In this document: one piece after another, positions 21,374 to 31,207 of the stretch | Layout: the number at the start of each line of letters is the position of its first letter | Position numbering within the stretch: the stretch's first letter is position 1 | From: an uncultured Armatimonadetes bacterium | GTDB lineage: Bacteria; Armatimonadota; Hebobacteria; Hebobacterales; Hebobacteraceae | Assembly: GCA_963699135.1 (NCBI GenBank) | Contig: OY969415.1 | Coordinates: 1,355,450 to 1,419,449 of the forward strand | Direction: 5' to 3' | DNA: 64,000 nucleotides | Notes under the pieces: generated by a model | Database searches by the model: none | What the model was told of the DNA's origin: nothing | What the model saw: the letters and a program-made list of their open reading frames with translations, nothing else | Program-made: the position numbers and the translations under genes

Positions 21374-22855
21374 CTATTGGGTGGCTGTCCGGGGGTCGGG
21401 TCTCAGCAGCACCCAGGCGGTGTGGTCGAGTCCGGTCTTGCCGCGGCGCGTGTCGAGAGCGAGCATGACGCCATCGGGGGGGACGCTGATGCCGCGCATC
21501 TCGATATCGAGGGAGCGGCCCGCGGCGCGGAAGATGACGTCGGGGGTCGGCTTCCCGAGTTGGAGGGTGTAGGTACGCGGCGCGGTGTTGCCGCCGGCGA
21601 GCGGGTAGAGCTGAACGCGGTACTGCACCTCCGGGGAGGGTTTCGCGGCGAGGTCGAGGCGGAGGAGCAGGTTGCCTGAGGAGGCGGCCGCGCGCAGGGC
21701 GAGGAGGTTGGCGGCAGGTGGGATCGGCTCACTGCCCGCGTCCTCGGCGAAGCGAACGATGGCGGTGGGGAGGCCACGCCAACTGGCCTGCGCCGGAGAC
21801 GGGCCGTTGAGCGCGATCTCGGGGAGTCGAGAGGGATCGATCTGGCCGTAGAGTTCGCGCTTTCGGGCGAAGTTGAGCAGGAAGTCGTGCATGAGCAGGA
21901 GTTGGGTGGCGTGCTTCTCGATCGCCTCGCGTTTGCGGCGGGCGGCGTCCTCGGTGAGGGCGAACGAACTCCAACGGGTCTTCACCTCGTCGGCATGCGC
22001 GGGCGGCGCGGTGGGGTCGAGCAGATGCCTGGCGGGCGAGAGCCACTTGCTGGAGGGATGCACGAGATAGAGCCAGAGAGGGACGCTCCCCAGCAGCCCG
22101 CGCTGGCTGAGCGCAGCGAGGGTGAAGCAGTAAAGAGCCCAGTGATCGACATGGGTATCGAGGGGGTGAGGGGCAAGGATCAGAGTGGGCCGAAACTCGG
22201 CGATCACGGCCCCGAGATCCTCGAGCAGGGCGAGGCCGGAATAGGGCCGGCCCGGCCGATAGGCGTTCGGATAGGGCCCATGATCGGTCTTGGTGTAGGG
22301 GCTGGAGTAGGGAGAGGACAGCTCCCAGTGCGACAGCCAGAGGCGGTCGAGGCCGCGATCGGGATAGCCAAGAAAGACGGCCTGGTCGTGGGATAGGCCA
22401 AGCACGGCGAGCGCGGCGAGAGCTTCCCGATGTCGCATCTCGGCCAGCCTCAGGTAATCGCGGCTGGGAACGACGGACTCGGAGAAGATCTTCTGGGCGG
22501 CGGTGCGGAAGGCGTCGCCGTAGGTAGCGTAGACGACTCGCACCTGGGCGCCGGCCGCAACGGCTTCGGAGATGAGGCCGCCGCAGGGGACGGACTCGTC
22601 GTCCGGGTGGGGGGCGAGCACCAGCACGCGGTCGCGACTGGTGGGAGCGAGCAGAGGGGGCGTCGGACGAGCAAAGCCCGGGGCAAGGAGCAGCCGCGGC
22701 GGGGCCGCGCCGAGACCAACCGCGGGAATAGACGCGGCCGCCAGGATCAGCAAGGCCCCGAGGAGGGGCCATCGGGTAGCGCGGTTTCGGCTGACGAGGG
22801 TGGGCCAGCCGGTAACGCGGTTTGGGCTAGCCTGGCTGTTGAGGATAGTCAACAA
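21374..22855 (-). CDS. LmbE/PIG-L family N-acetylglucosaminyl deacetylase with an N-terminal membrane anchor and a C-terminal extension
   Basis: It has the VLVLAPHPDDESV motif and HxxH downstream, plus an N-terminal TM helix (WPLLGALLILAAASIPAVG). At 493 aa it is larger than canonical LmbE proteins. Confidence 0.6.
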   Translation of the reverse strand: MLTILNSQASPNRVTGWPTLVSRNRATRWPLLGALLILAAASIPAVGLGAAPPRLLLAPGFARPTPPLLAPTSRDRVLVLAPHPDDESVPCGGLISEAVAAGAQVRVVYATYGDAFRTAAQKIFSESVVPSRDYLRLAEMRHREALAALAVLGLSHDQAVFLGYPDRGLDRLWLSHWELSSPYSSPYTKTDHGPYPNAYRPGRPYSGLALLEDLGAVIAEFRPTLILAPHPLDTHVDHWALYCFTLAALSQRGLLGSVPLWLYLVHPSSKWLSPARHLLDPTAPPAHADEVKTRWSSFALTEDAARRKREAIEKHATQLLLMHDFLLNFARKRELYGQIDPSRLPEIALNGPSPAQASWRGLPTAIVRFAEDAGSEPIPPAANLLALRAAASSGNLLLRLDLAAKPSPEVQYRVQLYPLAGGNTAPRTYTLQLGKPTPDVIFRAAGRSLDIEMRGISVPPDGVMLALDTRRGKTGLDHTAWVLLRPDPRTATQ

Positions 22856-23005
22856 CCTGCACCTGGAGGTTGCAGATCCAGTAAAGGTAGGCGGGCGAGC
22901 AGGCCACGGGGAGACTGATCGCGGCCAGGAAGATCAGCCATCCAACTGAGCCAGTGAATACCGGTCGGTAGACCTTCATGGGAGGCAACTCCTCTTCTTC
23001 TATGA

Positions 23006-23911
23006 TCAGAGGCCGCGTTGGGCGCCGGCGCGGCGGAGGCGGGCGCGGAGCCAGGCGCGTAGGGCAGGCCCATGCTCGGGGTCGGCGAGACCAAGCTCGG
23101 CGAAGGCCTGGAAGTAGCTGAGGAAGTTGCCGATGTCGAGGCGATGCTCGTTGGGGCGGAGCTTCACGCAGAGGATGTCGTGGCCCTCGGCGAGGAGGAT
23201 GCGGAAGGCATCAGTGAGCCAGAGTTCGCCGCCGATGCCGGGCTTGGTGCGGCGGATGGCATCGAAGACAACCGGCTCCAGCAGATAGCGGCCGGCGGCG
23301 GCGAGATTGCTGGGAGCGCGATCGGGCTTGGGCTTCTCGACGATGTCGCGGATGGCGAAGACGTCGCCCTCGGAGTCGCGGGGGGCGACGATTCCATACC
23401 TGCTGACGGCCTGCCTGGGAACGGCCTCGACGGCGATGGTGACGGCGGGCCGGTGGCGCGCGTGGGCCTCGATCATGCGGGTGAGGAGGGGCCGCTTGGC
23501 CTTCGACACGACGATGGAATCGCCGAGCGCGACCACGAAGGGCTCACCGGCGACGAAGGGCTCGGCAAGGCCGATGGCATCGGCGAGGCCCTTGGGCACG
23601 GTCTGGCGGGCGTGAAAGAACTGGAGCTTCGTCCAGGCCTCGGACTCCTCTCCGTTGGGACCGACCTCGCGGTCGAGATGGTCCTCGATGGCGCGCTTGC
23701 CCTGCCCAGAGATAACGAGGACCTCCTTGAGATCGGCGGCGGCGAGCTCCTCGACGACGTGCTGGATGGTGGGCTTGCGCCCGACGGGCAGCATTTCCTT
23801 GGGCTGGGATCGGGTGGCGGGAAGCAGACGCGTCCCGCGCCCGGCGGCCGGGACGACGGCCTTCACGATGAGAGGTCTTCGATCTGAAGTCTTGGGATCA
23901 GCGCGTTTCAT
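23006..23911 (-). CDS. Nucleotidyltransferase, UTP-glucose-1-phosphate uridylyltransferase (GalU)-like sugar-1-phosphate nucleotidylyltransferase
   Basis: Carries the signature AVVPAAGRGTRLLPATRSQPKEMLPV. It overlaps the upstream GHMP-kinase gene by 4 nt. Confidence 0.7.
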   Translation of the reverse strand: MKRADPKTSDRRPLIVKAVVPAAGRGTRLLPATRSQPKEMLPVGRKPTIQHVVEELAAADLKEVLVISGQGKRAIEDHLDREVGPNGEESEAWTKLQFFHARQTVPKGLADAIGLAEPFVAGEPFVVALGDSIVVSKAKRPLLTRMIEAHARHRPAVTIAVEAVPRQAVSRYGIVAPRDSEGDVFAIRDIVEKPKPDRAPSNLAAAGRYLLEPVVFDAIRRTKPGIGGELWLTDAFRILLAEGHDILCVKLRPNEHRLDIGNFLSYFQAFAELGLADPEHGPALRAWLRARLRRAGAQRGL

Positions 23912-24930
23912 TGGCCATGCACCACGGAGAATCGGTATCCCTTCGCTTCGTAGGCGGCGGCGAGGCCCGGCGGCGGGCGCGACCCGGTGAGCAGGATGAG
24001 GGCGGCCCCGCTGGAGCCGGGGAGTTTGGCCGGCAGCCCGGCGGCGCGCGCGATCTCGACCAGCGCGACGGTGTGGGCGCCGATGAGCTGGTCGCCGAAG
24101 AGACCGCGGCGGAGGTCGAAGTTGCGGTTCATGAGGCGGCCGAGTTCGGCGAAGTCGCGCCGCTGGATGGCGGCACGACCGGCCTCGGCGCAGGCGGCGA
24201 TCTCTCGCATCACCCGGGTAACCTCCGGGTCGCCCGCTTCCCAGCGGCTGCGGATGCCGGCGTGGATATGGCCCGACTCCTGAAGTCCGGTCTGCTCGGT
24301 AAGGTAGGCGATGGCGAACCGGGGCAGCAGGCCGACATCGAGGCGTTGGTAGCTGGGCTGCTCGCCGGAGAAGTCCATGTAGGTGAGCGCCCCAAAGGCC
24401 TGCACCACGCGGTCCTGGAGGCCGGCGGCGATGCCCAGCTCTTTGGATTCGACGCTAAGCGCGAGCGCGGCGAGTTCCTGGGGTGGGACGGCGGCGGCCG
24501 GAACGCGATGGAAGCGAAGCAGGGCGCGGAGGGCGGCGATGATCATGGCGCTGGATCCGCCGAGCCCGGACTGACGAGGAATGGTGGTCTCGTATTCGAG
24601 GGTGAAGTTGGCCTTGCGCAGGCGAAGGCTTCGCTCCTGGCAGTAGGCGACGAAGCGGGCGCAGGTGGCGAAGAGCAGGCGCTGCATGCCGTAGTAGCCA
24701 TGGCGGCGCACGGTGTTCACGAGGTCATCAAGATCGGCGAACTCGGAACGGTCGTGGTCGGGGTGGAGGCGGAAGGTGAGGCTGGGGCTCTCCCAGAGCC
24801 GGACCTGGGCGGCGAAGTCTCGGATGAGGAACGAGATCACCTTCCCGCCGTAGATGTCGGAGGGGTTGCCGAGCAGGCCGGCTCGCGCGTGGGCCTTGCT
24901 GCGTACGATCACGGCCGGCCGCCGGAGCAA
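23908..24930 (-). CDS. GHMP-family sugar kinase (galactokinase/glucuronokinase/heptose-phosphate kinase-like)
   Basis: 340 aa with the GHMP ATP-binding motif PRQSGLGGSSAMIIAAL. It is the first gene of a kinase plus nucleotidyltransferase pair. Confidence 0.65.
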   Translation of the reverse strand: MLRRPAVIVRSKAHARAGLLGNPSDIYGGKVISFLIRDFAAQVRLWESPSLTFRLHPDHDRSEFADLDDLVNTVRRHGYYGMQRLLFATCARFVAYCQERSLRLRKANFTLEYETTIPRQSGLGGSSAMIIAALRALLRFHRVPAAAVPPQELAALALSVESKELGIAAGLQDRVVQAFGALTYMDFSGEQPSYQRLDVGLLPRFAIAYLTEQTGLQESGHIHAGIRSRWEAGDPEVTRVMREIAACAEAGRAAIQRRDFAELGRLMNRNFDLRRGLFGDQLIGAHTVALVEIARAAGLPAKLPGSSGAALILLTGSRPPPGLAAAYEAKGYRFSVVHGQ

Positions 24931-25039
24931 GCCGATGGAACGATCATCCGACGTGCGAGGGGACTTGGCTGCGTCATGATCTCTCCCACGGCGACCTCAT
25001 TTCCGCGGAGAGGGCGGCTGGTCCTGCCGTCGGGGGGCA

Positions 25040-25150
25040 CAGAAACGGAGGGGGAGCACAACGGCGAGATTGCCACGGGGCGGCAACGGCCGCCCCTCGC
25101 AATGACAACTGGGGAAAGGCATGCCGGGGGCGTGCCTACGCGGGTTACCA
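25040..25150. repeat. Repeat units: gattgccacggggcggcaacggccgcccctcgcaatgacaactgggg, plus the hairpin GGCATGCC../GGCGTGCC-tacgcgggtt (related copy at 59825-59865)
   Basis: Direct sequence identity with the units at 16092-16210, 29906-29965 and 59825-59865. Confidence 0.75.
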
Positions 25151-25362
25151 CTCGCTGGCGCTCGTGGCAAATGCGCCAGAGGCGCACAAGCCCACGCCAC
25201 TGGCCGGCGGGAGGCCGCGCGGCGAGCGAGGGGGCCAGGGAAGGGGGGGGGGGAGCGACGTTGGGCAGGAACGGGTTCTGGAGCCGTGGTAGTTAGCCCT
25301 CAGTACCGGTGCGGCCCTCTTTCCATGGTCACACCCCTAGCACCGGCGTCAGCGAGGCAGCG

Positions 25363-27826
25363 ATGTCCACAGGCAGCAGGAAGAAGGGGAAGGCGAGCAA
25401 GAGCGCCGGCGGTCCCCAGAAGCAGCAGCCACAGAAGCAGCAACCGAGGAAGCCAGTCAGGAGCCGGGTCGAGTGGGTGCAGGTGGTGGGACAGGTGGTG
25501 ATAATCCTGCTCATCGTCGCGGTCCCGGTGGTGCTCAATATCAGGTCCAACAACGTGTGTGATGTGAAGGATGTCGTGTTGGGCCTCGGGGTGGCGGCAG
25601 GGCTGGGGTTGTGGCTGCTGGCATCCCTGGCGAAGGGCGAGAATCTCGTGGGCAAAGTCGCGGCTGAATACGGCGGTGCTGGCATTCGTGGCCTGGTCGG
25701 CGGTTAGCATCGTCTATGCTCGCTATCGCTATGTGACGGTCTCGGAACTGGGGAGGCTGGCGTCGAATCTGGCGTTGTTCTGGCTGGTGATCTTGTGCCT
25801 GCGCAGGCTGGCGCAGGTGAGGAGGGTGCTGGGGTGGGCGGCGATCGGCGCGGTGCCCGTACTCGGTTACGCCTTCTACCAGAAGAGTGGCCGGGACTTC
25901 ATCCCTTGGAGCGAGCCCGTCACGCGCGTTTTCTCGTTCCTGGCGAACCCCACGTACTTCGGCGGCTATCTGATGCTGCTGATCCCGGTAATGGTTGCCT
26001 GTGGGGTGATGTACCTCCAGACTGACGAGGAGCAGCCCGAGCGCCGGAAGTCCTGGGGGGCTTACGTGCTGGCCGGGGGCTTCTTCGCGCTGGCCGCGGC
26101 GATGCTGCTCTGCCTCTACCTGTCGGTGACCCTGTCGGGGATGATCGGTTTGGGACTGGCGCTGTTGGTGGCGTTCGTGTTGGTGATCGCCCGGGGCGGG
26201 CGCAGGGCGATCCGCTGGGCGATACCGGCGGCGGCGCTGTTGGCGGTGGTGGTGACGCCGCTGGGCTATCTCGGCTACAGCCATTTGGACGTGGCTCAGC
26301 AGCGGCGCGTGCAGCAGGTGATTCGATTCCAGGATCCCTTCGCGGAAGAGCGGCAACTGCACTGGCGTACGGCGCTGGGGATATTCCGCGAGCGACCCGC
26401 AGTCGGTGAGGGGTATGGCGCGTTCCGCGTCTACTCGCTGGAGAAGATGGCCACGGAGTGGTACGCGCAGGACACGAGGCGCGCACAGACGATGTTGGTC
26501 CCGGGGTACGCGCACAATGAATATCTTCAGATGCTGGCGGACACGGGGCTGATCGGCGGCGTGTTGTTCCTGGGGGTGGCGCTGGGGGCGCTAGGGCTGG
26601 CGGTGTGGCTGACGATACGGCACCCGAGTCGGCGCTGGGCGACACTGTGTCTGGCGATCAGCGCGGCGATGACGGCGTTCCTGTTCCAAAACTTCTTCGG
26701 GGTGACATTCCGGCAGGCGGGAGTGGTGACGTTCTACTGGCTGTGGTTGGGGCTGCTGGTTCTGGCGGCGGCCGCCATACCGCGGCCGGGGAAGGAGGAA
26801 ACTGGGGGCCTGCTCCTCCACTTGACCCGGTTCCGGCCAGTTCCGGCGTGGGGCTGGGCGCCCGCGGGAGCGGCGATCGCGGCGGTGTGGTGGTTCCTGC
26901 TGTGGCCAGTGGCGGTGGACCCGGTATATGCCTCCATGGACGTGCGGCTGGCGAAGCGCCTGGCGGGGCAGGGGGAGTACCGGGTGGCGGCTCAGTTGGC
27001 GGACCACGCGGTCTCGCTCTGTCCCTATTCCTTCGTGGGCTACTACACCTCGGGATTTGCGTGGGGTCAGACGGGCGACTACGAGAAGGCAGTGACGGCG
27101 AACAAGAAGGCGCTGGAGCTGATGCCGGGCAATGCCAGCGTGTACTACAACCTCGGAGTCGCTTACAAAGAGAAGGGTGATCTGGACCAGGCGCTCGCCA
27201 TCTTCAGGCGCGCGGTGGAGCTGATGCCGACCTCCTACAAGCATCAGGCGGCGATGGCGGAGACGCTCGCGAAGCAGGGCAAGCTGAAGGAGGCGCTCCC
27301 GTACGCGCAGGAGGCGGCCAGGCTGTCCCGTCGCAGCAAAGACGAGGCAAGCTGCTATCTGCTGGTGGCCGACATCTGCAACAAGCTGGGCCGGGTCACG
27401 GAGATGACGGCCGCGCTGAAACAGGCGTCGGAGCTGGACCCCAACAGCCCGAAGCTGAAGCAGCAATTGGCATTCCTCTACTTCAAGAACGGCGATGCGC
27501 CGATGGGCGCGAAGATGCTGCGCCAGTGGATCCAGCTGGAGCCGAATGCCGCGATGGCGCACAATGTGTTGGGGACGTACTACCTCGGACGGCAGCAGTA
27601 CCCGGAGGCGAAGGCGGAGTTCGAGCGGGCGGTGCAGATCGATCCCAACTACGCGGTGGCGCGGTTCAACCTGGGGCTGACCTATGGCCGCATGAAAGAC
27701 ATGGGAGCGGCGGTGGCGCAGTTCCGCGAGGTGGCGGCCCGGTCGCCGAGGTCGCCCGAAGCCCAGCGGGCACGGCAAGCGCTGGATAAGCTGGCGCGAC
27801 AGGCGCCGGTGGGGCGGAAGCGATAG
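25363..27826 (+). CDS. O-antigen ligase (Wzy_C) family membrane protein with C-terminal TPR repeats. One frameshift lies near 25660.
   Basis: ORF 25309-25707 gives the N-terminus with the first TM segments (VVIILLIVAVPVVL.., LGLGVAAGLGLWLLASLAKGEN). ORF 25571-27826 gives the remaining TM helices and the TPR region (YYNLGVAYKEKGDLDQALAIFRRAVEL.., NVLGTYYLGRQQYPEAKAEFERAVQIDP). Confidence 0.6.
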
Positions 27827-27879
27827 CCACCCCCCCGGCCCCGCTCGCGCCTACTCCTTACAGCCCCATCAAGAGGGGG

Positions 27880-28449
27880 TTGGACGTATTGGTATCCGGG
27901 GTCTGCCTGGCGCTTTCGCTGCCCTTCTGGGTAGCGATCAGCATCTCCATCCTTCTCTATGACGGCTGGCCGGTGCTCTACTGCCAGCGCCGAGTCGGCA
28001 AAGGGGGCCGCGTCTTCCTGGCCTACAAGTTTCGCTCGATGGTGAAGGAAGCGGAGAGGATGACGGGGGCGATGCTGGCGGTGAAGAATGACCCCAGGAT
28101 CACGCCTGTGGGACGGCTGCTGCGGAAGGCGGCGTTGGATGAGATCCCGCAGTTGCTGAACATCTTCAAGGGCGACATGAGCTGGGTGGGTCCGCGGCCG
28201 GAGCGGCCGGAGTTCGTGAGGCAGTTCCTGGGTCAGATCCCCGCCTATGGGAGGCGCCACCTGGTGACTCCCGGCTTGACGGGGGTGGCACAGGTGCAGG
28301 GGCGCTACCACACCGATCCGATTGACAAGCTGAGATACGATCTCTACTATGTGCGAAATCACAGCCTCCGGCTGGATTTTCGGCTTTTCGTGATGTCCTG
28401 GCTGATCACCGTCAAGGGCCGATGGGATAGCTCCGCCGCGAAGAGATAG
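27880..28449 (+). CDS. Bacterial sugar transferase (polyprenyl-phosphate hexose-1-phosphate transferase, WbaP/WcaJ C-terminal-domain type)
   Basis: 189 aa. It has an N-terminal TM helix and the motifs YKFRSM, KNDPRITPVGRLLRK..LDEIPQLLNIFKGDMSWVGPRP and LRLDFRLF. There is no ATG, so I infer a TTG start. Confidence 0.7.
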   Translation: MDVLVSGVCLALSLPFWVAISISILLYDGWPVLYCQRRVGKGGRVFLAYKFRSMVKEAERMTGAMLAVKNDPRITPVGRLLRKAALDEIPQLLNIFKGDMSWVGPRPERPEFVRQFLGQIPAYGRRHLVTPGLTGVAQVQGRYHTDPIDKLRYDLYYVRNHSLRLDFRLFVMSWLITVKGRWDSSAAKR

Positions 28450-28514
28450 CAGGGGTGTGACCACGGGGAGCGGGACGGCGGCGGAGCGCGACAAGCCCTG
28501 CGCGGAGGAAATCC

Positions 28515-29318
28515 GTGCTTTCCGTCGCAACCGGCGCGCATCCCGTGGGACGCGCCGCAGTGGGGGGGATGGCGCTGCTTGTCCTCGCCAGCGCTCCCGG
28601 CTGCGGAAGGCTGCGCGCCGCTCCAGGTCCGGCCCCACTTCGCAACTCCTCCTCAGTCGGGCAGATCGCGTGGCGCGTCCGGACCAGTAAGAAGGTGGTC
28701 GCGCTGACGCTGGATGACGGCCCGAACCCGAAGTACACGCCGGTCGCGCTGAAGATCGCGCGGGAACACAAGGCGAAGCTGACGTTCTTCGTGCTCGGCC
28801 GGGAGGTGGAGCAACACCCGGAGCTAGTGCGTCAGGCGGTCCGCGAGGGACATGCCATCGCCAACCACGGCTGGGATCACACGCTGCTGACGGAGCGGGG
28901 GTCGCGCAAGGGGACGGCCGGCGGGGGTACCCTCTCGGAGGTGGCGCGCAAGCAGATCCGGAGTTGCGAAGAGGCGGTGGCGAAGGCCTGCCAGGTCCAC
29001 ACCGATATCTTTCGCCCCCCGAAGGGGATGTGGGACAGCGAGACATCGCTGGCGGCGGAAAGCCTGGGTTACCGGATGGCGCTGTGGACGATCACGCTCG
29101 AACACCACTCGGCCCCTTCGCCCCAGGAAATGGCGGATCGCGTGATCGACAGGATCACCCCAGGCACGATCATCTTGGCGCACGATGGGGAGCCGAAGCC
29201 GCCCATCGACCGGCGCAAGACGATAGCGGCGCTGCCGCTGCTGATAGACGGTTTGCGCGAGAAGGGGTATGAGTTCGTGACAGCGCCGGAGCTACTGGCA
29301 CTAGCGAAGGGTGAGTGA
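28515..29318 (+). CDS. Polysaccharide deacetylase (NodB homology/CE4) lipoprotein
   Basis: Carries the motifs ALTLDDGPNP and HGWDH. There is a lipoprotein-like signal at MALLVLASAPGC, so the true start may be ATG 28569. Confidence 0.7.
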   Translation: MLSVATGAHPVGRAAVGGMALLVLASAPGCGRLRAAPGPAPLRNSSSVGQIAWRVRTSKKVVALTLDDGPNPKYTPVALKIAREHKAKLTFFVLGREVEQHPELVRQAVREGHAIANHGWDHTLLTERGSRKGTAGGGTLSEVARKQIRSCEEAVAKACQVHTDIFRPPKGMWDSETSLAAESLGYRMALWTITLEHHSAPSPQEMADRVIDRITPGTIILAHDGEPKPPIDRRKTIAALPLLIDGLREKGYEFVTAPELLALAKGE

Positions 29319-29560
29319 TGGTCAGATCTCTGATGTTGGCCGCGCTGATGGCTATCGGGTCAGTGGCCTCGGCCGCCGCTGGCGGGACGAACGCGCCGGC
29401 TGCGACACCGCTGCCGCAAACCGCGTCCCACCCGCCGGACGGGGCGCTGCTCGATGCCTTCTGGGCGCGGGCCATGGAGGAGACGTACAAGTCGCCGGCG
29501 GAACTGGTGGCGCAGGACCAGCGGGAGCAGCGAGAGGGTTACACTTCCAGACGGTGTCGG
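29318..29560 (+). CDS. Small secreted hypothetical protein (signal peptide MMVRSLMLAALMAIGSVASAAAG). Its 3' end is uncertain because the ORF reads into the repeats.
   Basis: Its start overlaps the deacetylase stop (GTGATGG). The ORF shows no stop until 29860, where it is already inside the REP-like repeats, so the true C-terminus is unclear. Confidence 0.25.
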
Positions 29561-29645
29561 AGATGGCGGCGGCTCAGGGGCTGCACTTGTAGAGCGGGCG
29601 GGGGAAACGGCACTCACCGCAGAGGGGGGCGGTACGGCTGGCACC

Positions 29646-29995
29646 CATTGCCCGGCACGATTGTGCCGGGCAGAAGCCTGCTGGGGGACGACTGGCCGTT
29701 CGTCCCCCAGACCCCCTCACCGGCTTCTGGCCTCCTGGCGGAAGTATGGGGTGGCAGCGGGAGCGATGAAGTAACGAGCGCAATGACAGTGAGGGGATGG
29801 CAGGACCAAGTCGCCGGAGGCGACTGGAGGTCCTGCCGAACGGGAGGAGGGAGGGCGTGATGAATCACGCCCCTACGGGAGGGGGTTCGGCAGCGAATTA
29901 CCGAAGCAGCCAACACCGAGATTGCCACGCACGCCCTGGCTCCGGTCGGAGCCAGGGCGGCTCGCAATGACAACTGGGGCGATGGGGAGAGTGCG
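29646..29995. repeat. Mosaic repeat block: copy 2 of the roughly 215-bp composite (29646-29847), an intact REP-like hairpin GGGCGTGAT-gaa-TCACGCCC-ctac (29853-29876), and gattgccacg..cgcaatgaca units (29906-29965)
   Basis: Direct identity with 17736-17952, with the IS flanks at 14769-14777 and 16081-16091, and with the unit at 16113-16160. Confidence 0.8.
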
Positions 29996-30002
29996 GACGG
30001 CG

Positions 30003-30965
30003 CTACGCGACGTAGTCGCGGATGAGCAGGAGGTTCTCGGGAGGGGTCTCGTAGGGGACGGCGCCGGTGCCGAGGAGGAGGTTGGGCTGCCCGGCGGCAA
30101 GGGCGACGACCTCGTCGACGGCGCGCAGTATCTCTGACTTCGTGCCTCGGGTGTACACCCTTGGGTCGAGGTTCACCCTAACCTTGACGTTGGGGTGAGA
30201 GGCCATCCGCCTGAGAAACTCCCGGCGGTCGGTTTCGGCGGGGCAGATCACGAAGTCGGTGCCGGTCTCGAGCATGGGTTCGATGATGGGCGCGGTGTCG
30301 CCGCCGATGATGCAGGGGACGGCGTGCCCGGCGGCGGTCCCCACCTGCTGCATGGTTGCCTTGAGCGAGGGCAACTCGACCTCGCGGAACTGAGTTGGCG
30401 AGAGCAGGGGCGGGGCGGCGGCGGATTCGAAGAAGGCGACGTCGAGTCCCGCGGCGATGACGGCCGCGGCGAAGGCGACTTGCCCGGGGACGAGTAGAAG
30501 CAGGAACTCGCGGGCGCGGGCGGGGTTAGCGCCACGGAAGTCAGAAGCTCATCCAGCCCGAGCAGGCTGGAGGCGATCGAGAAGGGGCCGCTCACCGGCA
30601 GTCGGACATCGGCCTCGGGGAACTCGTCCTTCAGTCGCCGGGCCACGCGGATGCCAGGGGGAGGCGGCCCGCGGTCGCCGGGTCGAAGGGCGCGAGGTGC
30701 AGCGCCTGCTCGAGGGAGTCGAACACCGGCTGGGTGACGGCAGGGATACCATTTCCCTTGGGTGATCGACGCGCGCCCCGTAGGCCTCGGCTTCGAGGTT
30801 GTAGATGTCGATCCCGATCACTACGGGGAAGTGGCGATAGCGCAGATAGGCCTCGCGGTGGGCCTGCACGAGCAGTTCCTCGCTGCGCGATACCTCCCAC
30901 GGCGTGCGGCCGATCAGGCGGGCGGCGTGCTCGTAGACTGAGATCGAGAAGGGGATCCTCGCCAC
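30003..30965 (-). pseudogene. URO-D/MtaA-like family protein (second paralog), broken by at least 3 frameshifts
   Basis: The fragments 30549-30980, 30631-30978, 30248-30646 and 30003-30374 carry consecutive URO-D-fold segments. These run MARIPFSISVYEHAARLIG.., ..ARRLKDEFPEADVRLPVSGPFSIASSLLGLDELL.. and ..AGHAVPCIIGGDTAPIIEPMLETGTDFVICPAETD.. Confidence 0.55.
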
Positions 30966-31207
30966 ACTGAACCTCCACAAGAGATTACTGCGCGGGGTCG
31001 CGTCCTCCCTCGCTCCCGCCGCCTGTCTGACTAATGATACGCGGCGGGGATCGATGTGCCTCTATTGTCACAGGAGTCGAGGCATCGTCGCCTAACCTGC
31101 CGCTTGCCTGTAGCAATATTGCCGCGGAGTGAGCACGCTGGGCGCGGAAGAGCGCTCTCTGACATGCGAGAGCCAGCACCCGGCGCCGCGAGACCAGGAG
31201 GAAACAG

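Noticed and set aside
29318-29860. Treating the full 181-aa ORF 29315-29860 as a protein
   Set aside because: After about 80 aa the translation runs through the REP-like composite repeat (RRCRRWRRLRGCTCRAGGGNG..). Only the signal-peptide-bearing N-terminal part is plausibly coding, and even that is uncertain.
13960-29995. Repeated units that might suggest a CRISPR array
   Set aside because: The repeats are heterogeneous hairpin modules of different lengths with irregular spacing. There are no unique spacers of uniform size between them. They are REP/BIME-like elements, not CRISPR.
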